DNA of 64,000 nt, taken from the IMG/VR virus record IMGVR_UViG_3300044614_001780. One strand, written 5' to 3'. Every line of letters starts with the position of its first letter. Positions within the stretch are counted from its first letter, which is position 1. The notes below the pieces were generated by a model. That model saw only the letters and a list, made by a program, of their open reading frames with translations. It was not told where the DNA came from and did no database searches. This stretch comes from a virus. Below are positions 1 to 8,206 of this stretch, piece by piece. The position numbers and the translations under genes are program-made.

Positions 1-423
1 AAGGAGTTGAAAATCACTAAAGTTAAATTCATTTTCTTCGAGCAAAGTATCGAGTCTAACAGTATCAACTTTAATTGTTTTTTTATGCCAAGATTCAAAT
101 CTTCCTTGAGGTTTTAAAAGAGAAGAGCATCCTTTATTTCCTTTCATGAATGCAGCATCTGGACCATAACAAACATGAAAATCAATGTCTTTCTGATCCA
201 CATCACTAGCAGCAACACAGAATCCATGAGATTCCACAAAACTATCTGCTCTTTCTAAAGCAATCTTCAACTCTTCAAATACTTCTGGATTTGGTTCAAT
301 CCAAATTATTTGCTTGGCACCAAGTTTTTCATAGTCGAAAATTTCTTCTCCACGATGAGCACCAACGTGAATTACTCCATCGACTTTAATATTATTTTCC
401 GAAAAATATTTGTATTGACTCAT
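1..423 (-). CDS. FkbM-family SAM-dependent methyltransferase (3' end runs off the window)
   Basis: Not in ORF track; manual translation from ATG 423: MSQYKYFSENNIKVDGVIHVGAHRGEE...IIWIEPNP...SSLLKP...VDTVRLDTLL, typical FkbM motifs; ATGA overlap with the stop of the upstream gene. Confidence 0.8.
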   Translation of the reverse strand, partial: MSQYKYFSENNIKVDGVIHVGAHRGEEIFDYEKLGAKQIIWIEPNPEVFEELKIALERADSFVESHGFCVAASDVDQKDIDFHVCYGPDAAFMKGNKGCSSLLKPQGRFESWHKKTIKVDTVRLDTLLEENEFNFSDFQLL

Positions 424-1220
424 TTAAAATAATTGGTATAGATAAAATCCTCTGCGACAGGAAAGTTTAAAGAACGTTCAAAATTATCTTTAACTGCATC
501 CATTTTAGAATGATAAAGGTCTTCTGTCAATGAAGAGATATCAAAATCATCATCTAGGAATATAATTCCTTCTTCATTGAAATACTCAGTAATTCCTCTA
601 CATCCATAAAAAATTGGAATAGTTCCAGTAGCAAAACAATCTGTAATCTTCTCAGTGAAATAGGTATCATAAACTGCATTTTCTACTGCAATAGAGAACA
701 TATAATCCTTTAGTGCTTCTTCTTTACAAGAAATATCTCGGATACCCCTACCAAATAAATCTACTTGGTCTTTGAACTTATTCACAAACTCAAGTCTCTT
801 TATATGTCCAGGAACCATAGACTTATTTGATGAGACCATAGAAACTAATTTGGTCTTTTCAAATATCTGTCTATCTACAACCCAAGGTGCAGCATTACTA
901 ATTGCATATTTAATCTTTGGATATTTTTCACATAATTCCCTATCGCAACTAAAAATACCATCAACTCTAGTAGCAGCAAACTCATAATTTTTAATAACCC
1001 AATCATAGATTGGTTTGATGATTTGTTTGGATTCCAACAACCAAATATATGTTGGTTTGGTCTGAACTGTAGAAAATGCTTCTAGAGAACGTTGATTTAC
1101 ATAAAAATTAACGTCTCCAGAACCATCATAAACCCACTCAGTGAACTTAGAAGTATTTTTATCTGAAGTGGATGGAAGAAGAGAATCGTTACAATAAAGA
1201 TTAATCTTAAACTTGCTCAT
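420..1220 (-). CDS. Glycosyltransferase family 10 (alpha-1,3-fucosyltransferase-like)
   Basis: GT10 signature YMFSIAVEN...YFTEKITDCFATGTIPIFYG. Confidence 0.8.
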   Translation of the reverse strand: MSKFKINLYCNDSLLPSTSDKNTSKFTEWVYDGSGDVNFYVNQRSLEAFSTVQTKPTYIWLLESKQIIKPIYDWVIKNYEFAATRVDGIFSCDRELCEKYPKIKYAISNAAPWVVDRQIFEKTKLVSMVSSNKSMVPGHIKRLEFVNKFKDQVDLFGRGIRDISCKEEALKDYMFSIAVENAVYDTYFTEKITDCFATGTIPIFYGCRGITEYFNEEGIIFLDDDFDISSLTEDLYHSKMDAVKDNFERSLNFPVAEDFIYTNYFK

Positions 1221-2055
1221 TCTTCATTGCCTCAAAGACCTTAGCAATTCCTTGCTCGATAGAAGTTTTTGGCATCCACCACTTAGTCAAATATGTGTCT
1301 GGTTGATTTCTCTTATCCATTTGAACAGAATCTTTTTGTTCAGAAGGTTGAATTCTAATTTCTTTTCCAATCAGATTAAATTGTCCACTAATTATGCCAG
1401 CAATATCAATAATTTTTGTCGAACGGAAACTAGTGATGTGGAGGTTATCTTCCGACGTAAAATCATTGAAATCCTCCATAATTTTCTCAAGCGCTTCACA
1501 GCAATCTTCTGCATACAAAAACTCCCTTTCCTCATGTCCATCAGTAAGCATATCAATTACACCAGTCTCGAATCCCTTACGAATAAAGTCTGTGATAACA
1601 TGTGCTTTATCATGGTCTTTTTCAACACCATAAACATTCCAGAACTTAACAATAAGTCCATTAAGAGACTTGGTATAAAGTTCACCAACATTTTTAAGAA
1701 CTCCATATGGAGAATAACTCATATTGCTCATCTGAGATGATGCAAAAACAAACCTTTTATTATACTTCTTAAGAAGTCCAAAGGCATTTGCCATCAAACG
1801 AGCATTGTTATCAATGAACTGGAAAGTATGTTGATATTTTTTAAGGTATCTAGAACCACCAACATCAAATGCAAGGAAGAATACAAAGTCAGAATCTTTG
1901 ATATTATCCTCCAAGTTTTGATTTGGGATAACAGTCATATCTTGTTCTGGTCCATTCACAACATCAAATTCATTGACGGTATGACCTTTTCCACGAAGAT
2001 ATTCGGTCAGGTATGCTCCAACCTGACCACTTGAACCTAATACTGAGATTTTCAT
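1207..2055 (-). CDS. NAD-dependent epimerase/dehydratase (extended SDR)
   Basis: GSSGQVG Rossmann motif, FASS, YGVLK (YxxxK), NVYG, REFLYAEDC. Confidence 0.85.
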   Translation of the reverse strand: MKISVLGSSGQVGAYLTEYLRGKGHTVNEFDVVNGPEQDMTVIPNQNLEDNIKDSDFVFFLAFDVGGSRYLKKYQHTFQFIDNNARLMANAFGLLKKYNKRFVFASSQMSNMSYSPYGVLKNVGELYTKSLNGLIVKFWNVYGVEKDHDKAHVITDFIRKGFETGVIDMLTDGHEEREFLYAEDCCEALEKIMEDFNDFTSEDNLHITSFRSTKIIDIAGIISGQFNLIGKEIRIQPSEQKDSVQMDKRNQPDTYLTKWWMPKTSIEQGIAKVFEAMKNEQV

Positions 2056-2744
2056 TCTAAGCTATCTACTATCCAAAGAGTTTGTACGTGTGGATATGCA
2101 TATCCATTTTGATATAATTTAGTCATCGAGATTCCCCACTTATCTAGAATCTCTTTATGTGCTCGTGATTCCCCATCCTTAAATTCTTCAAATCCTGGAG
2201 TTCCCCCCCAATCATCGTATCCGATTAAAGTACCAGGAACAATGAGATTATTTTCCATCAAATAATCAAATGCATATTTTGTTGGAGAATAAATGTCTAA
2301 ATCAAAATCAACATAAAATGCTGGTTTTAAATCTTTTTGTTGAGGAAGAGTCTCTTCAACAAGTCCAGCAATAACAGATACTTTACTTTGATTATTTCTA
2401 CCTGTAAAGATATTTTGAACTTCATTTTGAATATGCTTTGCACAATCATCTGAAGTATCCAGACTCATATACTTTAGCACATTAAATTCATCTGGAAAAA
2501 TATCTGGATTCCAGGAATCTTGGAAAATGGGTTCTGCTGTTTCTTTTGGCATTCCAGTAAAAACATCAAACCCATAAAAATTATTAACTTCTATTTTATG
2601 TCTATTTAAAATAGAAGCAATTTCTTTCATCGACCCACCATTAAAAACACCAAATTGATAAACATCATAATTTACCAATTCTTCTTTTTCAAAACTATTA
2701 TGGTCGTTAACTGCAACATCTAATAAAGAAGTTCTCCAACTCAT
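2052..2744 (-). CDS. TylF/MycF-like sugar O-methyltransferase
   Basis: QFGVFNGGS, YGFDVFTGMP, GLVEETLP, VDFDLDIYSPT, GTLIGYDDW motifs. Confidence 0.7.
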   Translation of the reverse strand: MSWRTSLLDVAVNDHNSFEKEELVNYDVYQFGVFNGGSMKEIASILNRHKIEVNNFYGFDVFTGMPKETAEPIFQDSWNPDIFPDEFNVLKYMSLDTSDDCAKHIQNEVQNIFTGRNNQSKVSVIAGLVEETLPQQKDLKPAFYVDFDLDIYSPTKYAFDYLMENNLIVPGTLIGYDDWGGTPGFEEFKDGESRAHKEILDKWGISMTKLYQNGYAYPHVQTLWIVDSLE

Positions 2745-3796
2745 GATTGTTTTTTAGCAATTTGACCACTAATCCATTCATATGTTTTACGAATACCTTC
2801 TTCAAGAGTCTGAGAATAATCCCAACCCAGTTTTTCACGAATCAAATCATTATTTGAATTGCGACCACGAACACCAAGAGGTGCATCGAGTTTATGTTCT
2901 TTATCTACATTCTTGCCAGAAACTTTAGCAGCAGTTTCAACCAATTGATTGATGGTAACCATTTCTTCTGACCCAATGTTAACTGGTCCAATAAAATTGG
3001 AATCCATCAATCGTCTTGTTGCTTCGATGCATTCATCAATATAGAGGAAAGATCTAGTTTGTTTTCCATCTCCCCATACTTCGATAGAACCTCCCTCAGA
3101 CGGAAGATATGCCACCTTTCTACAAATCGCAGCAGGAGCTTTTTCTCTTCCTCCTTCCCAGGTCCCCTCTGGTCCAAAGATGTTATGATATCTAGCAACA
3201 CGTACAGGAATGCCGTAATTCCTATTGTAAGCAAAATATAGACGCTCACTAAAAAGTTTTTCCCAACCATATTCAGAGTCTGGATTGGCAGGATAAGCAG
3301 AAGACTCCCTACAATCAGGATTATCGGGATCAAGTTGGTTATGCTCAGGGTACATGCAAGCAGAACCAGAATAGAAAATTTTAGTATCGTTTTTACCGAA
3401 TTTTTCATTTAATTTATGCTGCTCCTCAAGAACATTCAAATTAATAGTTGCTGAGTTGTGCATAATGTCAGCATCATTTTCACCAGTGAAGACAAATCCT
3501 GCACCACCCATATCAGCAGCAAACTGATAAATCTCATCAAATGCTTGGATATAACGGTAAGGAACTGACTGATAGAAATTGCCTCTATCTCCCTTATATT
3601 CAAGCACACGACGAACAAAATCTACATCACGCAAATCTCCCTGAACAAATTCATTTGCCTCAGTGGGAGAAAATTCTGGATATTTAAGGTCTACTCCACG
3701 AACCCAATATCCTTCAGAACGAAGTCTTTTAACCATGTGACTTCCAATAAAACCACCAGCACCTAAAACAAGTGCTTTCTTAATGTATTGACCCAT
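2741..3796 (-). CDS. GDP-mannose 3,5-epimerase-like NAD-dependent epimerase (WcaG superfamily)
   Basis: GAGGFIG, AADMGG, SACMYP, YGWEK, GGREKAPAAICRK, GVRGRNS match the GME family, including the catalytic Cys, Tyr and Lys. Confidence 0.9.
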   Translation of the reverse strand: MGQYIKKALVLGAGGFIGSHMVKRLRSEGYWVRGVDLKYPEFSPTEANEFVQGDLRDVDFVRRVLEYKGDRGNFYQSVPYRYIQAFDEIYQFAADMGGAGFVFTGENDADIMHNSATINLNVLEEQHKLNEKFGKNDTKIFYSGSACMYPEHNQLDPDNPDCRESSAYPANPDSEYGWEKLFSERLYFAYNRNYGIPVRVARYHNIFGPEGTWEGGREKAPAAICRKVAYLPSEGGSIEVWGDGKQTRSFLYIDECIEATRRLMDSNFIGPVNIGSEEMVTINQLVETAAKVSGKNVDKEHKLDAPLGVRGRNSNNDLIREKLGWDYSQTLEEGIRKTYEWISGQIAKKQS

Positions 3797-3834
3797 ACTT
3801 TAATCAAGAAAATAATAATTCTTTAGTATATATC

Positions 3835-3871
3835 ATACTAAAAAAGAGGGGTATTGTAAACCCCTCTTTTT
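3835..3871 (-). terminator. Intrinsic terminator hairpin that also contains a sigma70-type promoter (TTTACA-N17-TATGAT)
   Basis: AAAAGAGGGGT-TTACAAT-ACCCCTCTTTTTT on minus strand. Confidence 0.65.
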
Positions 3872-3876
3872 ATAGT

Positions 3877-4010
3877 TTATTTTTAACTGGAGATAATAAC
3901 CAGGCGGGAGTTATCCCATCCGCACCACCAATTTTTTAGAGAAATTGGAAACTCAATCAGTTGTTCGATTTCTCGGCTCCACCACCTAGTTTTACTTAAC
4001 TAGGAAAAGT
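3877..4010 (-). ncRNA. wcaG/manA-class cyanophage structured RNA (three tandem H-type pseudoknots, two UGGUG motifs)
   Basis: Pairings ACUU/AAGU+CCUAGUU/AACUAGG, GAG/CUC+CCAAUUU/AAAUUGG, CUGG/CCAG+UUAUU/AAUAA; UGGUG after units 1 and 2; directly upstream of a WcaG-type epimerase. Confidence 0.7.
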
Positions 4011-4219
4011 TGAGTTAACTTTGCAAATTCTATGACTCCATAAAATACACAAAGGATTAAAACATCCCAAAGCTTAAGTTTAATTGCAAAAGGTACTGTA
4101 AATAAACCACCAATACATTTTATTAATAATCCATATTTAAAATCACCCCAAAGAAGAACAAAATATCCAACTATTAAAAGAAAATTTCCAATATACCTAA
4201 GAAGGTCTGCTTTAATCAT
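3992..4219 (-). CDS. Small hydrophobic membrane protein (75 aa, about 3 TM segments)
   Basis: ORF track; almost entirely hydrophobic. Confidence 0.6.
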   Translation of the reverse strand: MIKADLLRYIGNFLLIVGYFVLLWGDFKYGLLIKCIGGLFTVPFAIKLKLWDVLILCVFYGVIEFAKLTQLFLVK

Positions 4220-4235
4220 GTATTAACCCAAGGCA

Positions 4236-4270
4236 CTCCGACCAGTACTGTTAAAGTCCATCCGTGACTA
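4236..4270 (-). ncRNA. Probable 5' element of the manA/wcaG-class RNA
   Basis: UAGUC-ACGGAUG-GACU hairpin followed by UUAACAGUACUGGUCGGAG; CGGAUGG recurs at 3916-3922. Confidence 0.45.
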
Positions 4271-4273
4271 TTT

Positions 4274-4444
4274 TTAAGAAGCATCATTATGCTCTGTATG
4301 TATTTTAATCACTTCACAGTCAGATGGCACAATTGATACCAAACGACCCGTTTTATCTTGAATTAAAAATGATTCTCCATTTTCAACTCTATCAATATAA
4401 TTATCAAAGTTTTTTTGAAAAGATTCAATGGAGATTTTTTCCAT
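4274..4444 (-). CDS. Phd/YefM antitoxin-like small protein
   Basis: MEKISIESFQKNFDNYIDRVENGESFLI resembles the Phd N-terminal fold pattern; start revised to ATG 4444. Confidence 0.55.
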   Translation of the reverse strand: MEKISIESFQKNFDNYIDRVENGESFLIQDKTGRLVSIVPSDCEVIKIHTEHNDAS

Positions 4445-4583
4445 CAGACTTTGGGACTCGATGTATATGCATAATACCTGCAAAAGGAAGTATTGTCAAC
4501 CCACATCCGCAAAGAAAAAGAAAAAAGGGACTTTGGGCAAGTACTTCTACAATTTTAAATAAAATATTAGTGTGATGTACCAT
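4425..4583 (-). CDS. Small single-TM hypothetical protein
   Basis: SPFFLFLCGCGLTILPFAGIMHIH hydrophobic helix; start uncertain. Confidence 0.45.
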   Translation of the reverse strand: MVHHTNILFKIVEVLAQSPFFLFLCGCGLTILPFAGIMHIHRVPKSDGKNLH

Positions 4584-4686
4584 TTCCATTATAATCGTTA
4601 GAATCATAATAACCACCCCTTGTCCCAAAATAAAGTGTGGTCAATACAAAGGGAATTGCAACAAATAAGAGTGCTTTACCTAACAT
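4567..4686 (-). CDS. ndhP: NdhP-like NDH-1L small subunit (39 aa)
   Basis: Not in ORF track; MLGKALLFVAIPFVLTTLYFGTRGGYYDSNDYNGNGTSH matches the recalled NdhP pattern TM-FGTRNGFYDTDQYHGNGSAH; start overlaps the end of gnd. Confidence 0.85.
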   Translation of the reverse strand: MLGKALLFVAIPFVLTTLYFGTRGGYYDSNDYNGNGTSH

Positions 4687-5710
4687 GATGCCCACCAAAC
4701 ATATATCGCATTCCGTTCAAAACTTTGGCTGCGAAAGTACCCAGATTGCGACTATTAAATCTTTCATAAAGGGCAGTAGTAATGACAGGAGCGGGTACAC
4801 CAAGGTCCACAGCGGCAGAAACAGTCCAACGACCCTCACCACTGTCGGAAACTCCTCCAGAGAACTGTTTAAGTTGACCATCATTCCGTAGAACATCAGC
4901 GGTAAGGTCAAGTAACCAACTACCAACAACACTACCACGACGCCATAACTCAGCAACCTCAGCAACGTCAATATCATAGCAATAAGATTCTGGGTCTGCC
5001 ATAGGGGCAACCTCTGCATCTCCTTCTTTGACATACTGAGCACCTGCATTTGCATTCTTGATGATATTAAATCCTTCTGCATATGCTTGCATAATACCAT
5101 ACTCAATACCATTATGCACCATCTTTACAAAGTGTCCAGCACCTGGACCACCACAATGCAACCAACCGTATTCAGCAGAAGTTATGTCTGAGTCAAATTG
5201 AGTCCTGGGGGCAGCGTCAATTCCTGGGGAGAGGGCATTAAAAATGCTTGAACAAGTGGAGACCGCAGTATCTCCGCCACCAACCATAAGACAGTATCCA
5301 CGATCCAGACCATAAACACCACCGCTAGTGCCACAATCAATATATTGGATACCAAGTTTTGCCAAGCGTTCTGCTCTCTTCCGACTGTCCTTAAAATTGC
5401 TATTGCCATGATCAATAATAATATCTCCTTCACCACAATATCGTAGTAACTCATTAATCGTCTCCTCTACAGTTTCTGCGGGCACAACCATTTGGAAAAT
5501 TCCTGGTTGAGTTGCACCATTTTTATTTTGCTTAACTACTTTAACAAGATTTTCAATAGTAGTTGTAACTCCATCCACAAATCCCTTTTCATAAGCTTCT
5601 TGTGCTTTTTCATAATTTCTACGATAACCCCAAACTTCTATTCCTGCCTTCATCATACGACGAGACATTCCTTCACCCATTCTACCTAATCCAATTAATC
5701 CTACTTTCAT
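4676..5710 (-). CDS. gnd: 6-phosphogluconate dehydrogenase
   Basis: GLIGLGRMG, DHGNS, DCGTSGG, GHFVKMVHNGIEYG, DSGEGRW, FGGH. Confidence 0.97.
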   Translation of the reverse strand: MKVGLIGLGRMGEGMSRRMMKAGIEVWGYRRNYEKAQEAYEKGFVDGVTTTIENLVKVVKQNKNGATQPGIFQMVVPAETVEETINELLRYCGEGDIIIDHGNSNFKDSRKRAERLAKLGIQYIDCGTSGGVYGLDRGYCLMVGGGDTAVSTCSSIFNALSPGIDAAPRTQFDSDITSAEYGWLHCGGPGAGHFVKMVHNGIEYGIMQAYAEGFNIIKNANAGAQYVKEGDAEVAPMADPESYCYDIDVAEVAELWRRGSVVGSWLLDLTADVLRNDGQLKQFSGGVSDSGEGRWTVSAAVDLGVPAPVITTALYERFNSRNLGTFAAKVLNGMRYMFGGHHVR

Positions 5711-5719
5711 AATTCCCTC

Positions 5720-7057
5720 CTAAACAAGTTTGAGTGGATAATCCCACTTAGTAATCTTTTCTATTTCTTCTTGTGGACCCCAAGTACCAAAATTATAATT
5801 ATAAGGTCTTGTATTTACTGGACACTGCTCCCCAACACAAAGAAGATCATCAACAATTCTCCAAGATTCCAACACTTCTTCCGAATGAACAAAGTGTGAT
5901 TGATCTCCCATTATTGCATCATATAAAAGTTTCACATACCCATCAATTGCACCCTCTGGGTAGCTATGAGTCAAAATTGCAGTTTCAATTTTATCATCCA
6001 ATCCAGGGGATTTAATATCAATCTGAATATCAAAATGTGGGTCTGGTTGGAATCTCATTACGATTCTATCTTTTGGTTCATGCTCACCAAACAAATTAAG
6101 TGGTGGTGATTTTAATTTAATTACAACTTCCACACAAGAAACAGGAAGTTTCTTGCCAGTCATAAAATAAAAAGGAACACCTTTCCATCTCCAATTGTCT
6201 ATATACATGTCTCCAGCAACAAAAGTTGGTGTTTGCGAATCACCGTTAACTCCAGACTCATTGCGATATCCTGCATATTGACCACAAACCAATTTTGTTC
6301 CCAATCTTGCAGCAGAAAGAACTTTGACCTTCTCTCTACGAATTTCTTTTGCATCATTTTTGCAAGGTGCTTCCATTGCAATTAGAGCAAGTAATTGCAA
6401 CATATGATTCTGCAACATATCCCTGACCGCACCAGCAGTCTCATAGTATTGTGCCCTACCCTCACAACCGATAATTTCAGTTGCAAAAATTTGGACCTCC
6501 TCCACATAATCACGATTCCACAAAGGTTCTAGAAGAATGTTACTGAATCTAGTTGCCAGAATATTATTAACAGTATCTTTTCCAAGATAGTGGTCTATAC
6601 GATAGACCTGTTTTTCTCGAAGATTTGACGAAACAATTTCTTGAAGTTCTTCTGCAGAGTTAAGGTTATACCCAAAGGGCTTTTCAATAACAACCTTAGT
6701 ATTATCCTGGTCATCTACAAGACCAGACATTTTAAGATTAAGAATAGCATCAGAATATCTTTCTGGTGGAACAGAAAGAAAATAAGTATTCTCATCACCT
6801 AAGGGCAAAAGTTTAAGTGATTCTAAATCACTTAAATCACAAGAAACATAATCTAAAATTCTTACAAAATCCTCAGAATAGGATCCCAAAGTATGCAACC
6901 AACTCTGTTTGCTGTGCTTAGTCCGTGATGCACCAATTATTTTAAAATCTTCTGGTAGAAGTTTTCTTTTATAGAGTTCATAAAGTGCTGGTATCAACTT
7001 TTTTCTACAAAGATCTCCTGTTGCTCCAAAAATTACTATTGTTTTCATAGTTACCAA
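5720..7057 (-). CDS. zwf: Glucose-6-phosphate 1-dehydrogenase
   Basis: GATGDL, EKPFG, RIDHYLGK, RDMLQNH, WRWKGVPF. Confidence 0.97.
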   Translation of the reverse strand: MVTMKTIVIFGATGDLCRKKLIPALYELYKRKLLPEDFKIIGASRTKHSKQSWLHTLGSYSEDFVRILDYVSCDLSDLESLKLLPLGDENTYFLSVPPERYSDAILNLKMSGLVDDQDNTKVVIEKPFGYNLNSAEELQEIVSSNLREKQVYRIDHYLGKDTVNNILATRFSNILLEPLWNRDYVEEVQIFATEIIGCEGRAQYYETAGAVRDMLQNHMLQLLALIAMEAPCKNDAKEIRREKVKVLSAARLGTKLVCGQYAGYRNESGVNGDSQTPTFVAGDMYIDNWRWKGVPFYFMTGKKLPVSCVEVVIKLKSPPLNLFGEHEPKDRIVMRFQPDPHFDIQIDIKSPGLDDKIETAILTHSYPEGAIDGYVKLLYDAIMGDQSHFVHSEEVLESWRIVDDLLCVGEQCPVNTRPYNYNFGTWGPQEEIEKITKWDYPLKLV

Positions 7058-7224
7058 TCGTCGTTGTCTTCGTTATCCCCGTCAAGTTCCTTTAAATAAT
7101 CAATCCACCATTGTGGGTCTTTTTGAATCCTCCATTTCGGAACATCCAACCCACGTTCAAAATACCAATCAAAGATTGCTTTTTCTATAATTTCCTTAGT
7201 TTCAATAATTTTCTTCCTTTTCAT
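7051..7224 (-). CDS. Hypothetical protein (Trp-rich)
   Basis: Part of track ORF 7051..7305; likely start ATG 7224; DPQWWIDYL. Confidence 0.5.
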   Translation of the reverse strand: MKRKKIIETKEIIEKAIFDWYFERGLDVPKWRIQKDPQWWIDYLKELDGDNEDNDDW

Positions 7225-7393
7225 CAACATCTCCATATGCATTATCCACATAGGGTCCGTGTGGTCGTTTGGTATCTTCTCTGACATAATTGACCTCAGA
7301 AACACTTGTGGACAACCACAATGATATTTTCATTATTATGTAGATAATTGCCAATGGCAGAAAACATAAAGTTAAGATTAATGTATGTTTCAT
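7202..7393 (-). CDS. Small single-TM protein with acidic tail
   Basis: N-terminal hydrophobic helix; ATGA-coupled to upstream ORF. Confidence 0.6.
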   Translation of the reverse strand: MKHTLILTLCFLPLAIIYIIMKISLWLSTSVSEVNYVREDTKRPHGPYVDNAYGDVDEKEENY

Positions 7394-7479
7394 TGTGGAT
7401 ATGCGTTATTAAGTCCCCAATTTACAAATACTATTATTGTACCAAAAATTAAAATTGAAGACAGTATTAAATTATTCAT
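7390..7479 (-). CDS. NdhQ-like single-TM micro-protein (29 aa)
   Basis: Not in ORF track; MNNLILSSILIFGTIIVFVNWGLNNAYPQ aligns with the recalled NdhQ C-terminal half (ISAVLILGFIAGLIWWALHTAY); coupled on both sides (TAATG, ATGA). Confidence 0.6.
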   Translation of the reverse strand: MNNLILSSILIFGTIIVFVNWGLNNAYPQ

Positions 7480-7607
7480 TACATTCCTCCGTTTCTAATT
7501 CCTACAATATATCCAATGATAATTCCGCACATAAATGCCACAAACATGTATAACATATGAGAAGTAAATTGAATAACCTCCAACCATTCACTATTCGTCA
7601 TCATCAT
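7479..7607 (-). CDS. Small single-TM protein (about 42 aa)
   Basis: MLYMFVAFMCGIIIGYIVG helix; 3' part of track ORF 7479..7679. Confidence 0.55.
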   Translation of the reverse strand: MMMTNSEWLEVIQFTSHMLYMFVAFMCGIIIGYIVGIRNGGM

Positions 7608-7881
7608 CCTCATAGGTTGAAGGTTCCTCAAAGAGTTCGTCCATTTTTTGCTGTAGAACTCTTTTTTGTAATTTTTCAATATCTTCTTCCGTAAATTTAA
7701 CCACTAGTAATGGATCTCCTGCTTTAACGTCGTTAAGTTCTGGATGCTTTACTTTTGGACTTTTTGAATACCCATGATAGGCATTCATAATCATCCATCC
7801 CTGTGCAATCATCGTTAAGGATATTCCCATTAGAACAAACCAAGGAACTAAAAAGATTAGTTCAGAGTGATGTTGAGCCAT
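7591..7881 (-). CDS. DUF2973-like cyanobacterial membrane protein
   Basis: N-terminal TM then HPEL.D...GD.LLVVKF motif. Confidence 0.55.
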   Translation of the reverse strand: MAQHHSELIFLVPWFVLMGISLTMIAQGWMIMNAYHGYSKSPKVKHPELNDVKAGDPLLVVKFTEEDIEKLQKRVLQQKMDELFEEPSTYEDDDDE

Positions 7882-8060
7882 GGAAATACTGGCGGAATTA
7901 CTCCAATGAGTCGAAGAAGACCCTCAGCAAAAAGTGCAAGAACAACCCAACCAACGCACATTGAAATAATCGAAGCATTGCGATTGTGTTTTCGTATTGC
8001 ATCATCAATCATCTCCTGAACTTCAGAACGTGTAATAAACTCTTCTTGTTCATTCATCAT
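7857..8060 (-). CDS. Small membrane protein
   Basis: EVQEMIDDAIRKHNRNA followed by TM helix. Confidence 0.6.
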   Translation of the reverse strand: MMNEQEEFITRSEVQEMIDDAIRKHNRNASIISMCVGWVVLALFAEGLLRLIGVIPPVFPWLNITLN

Positions 8061-8206
8061 TTCTCGTCTCCAAGAAACTTTGCAAGAGGGTCTCTTCTGG
8101 TCTTTACAATTTCGACAGCTCTTTTGTAAAACATGTTGTCTGTATTTCCAGACTCTTCAAAAGTTGCCTTGATCTTCACCCAGTTATCGTAGGTGTGTTG
8201 ATCCAT
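8057..8206 (-). CDS. Hypothetical protein (49 aa)
   Basis: Not in ORF track; MDQHTYDNWVKIKATFEESGNTDNMFYKRAVEIVKTRRDPLAKFLGDEK; ATGA overlap with next ORF. Confidence 0.65.
   Translation of the reverse strand: MDQHTYDNWVKIKATFEESGNTDNMFYKRAVEIVKTRRDPLAKFLGDEK

Noticed and set aside
3900-3990. Plus-strand TTCGA...CTCCACCA and GCACCACCA resembling tmRNA/tRNA 3' ends
   Set aside because: No matching acceptor 5' strand or T-stem; these are the complements of the UGGUG motifs of the minus-strand RNA
7479-7607. PetN-like C-terminus (GIRNGG) in a small TM protein
   Set aside because: Only a few residues match and the PetN Trp/Ser pattern is absent
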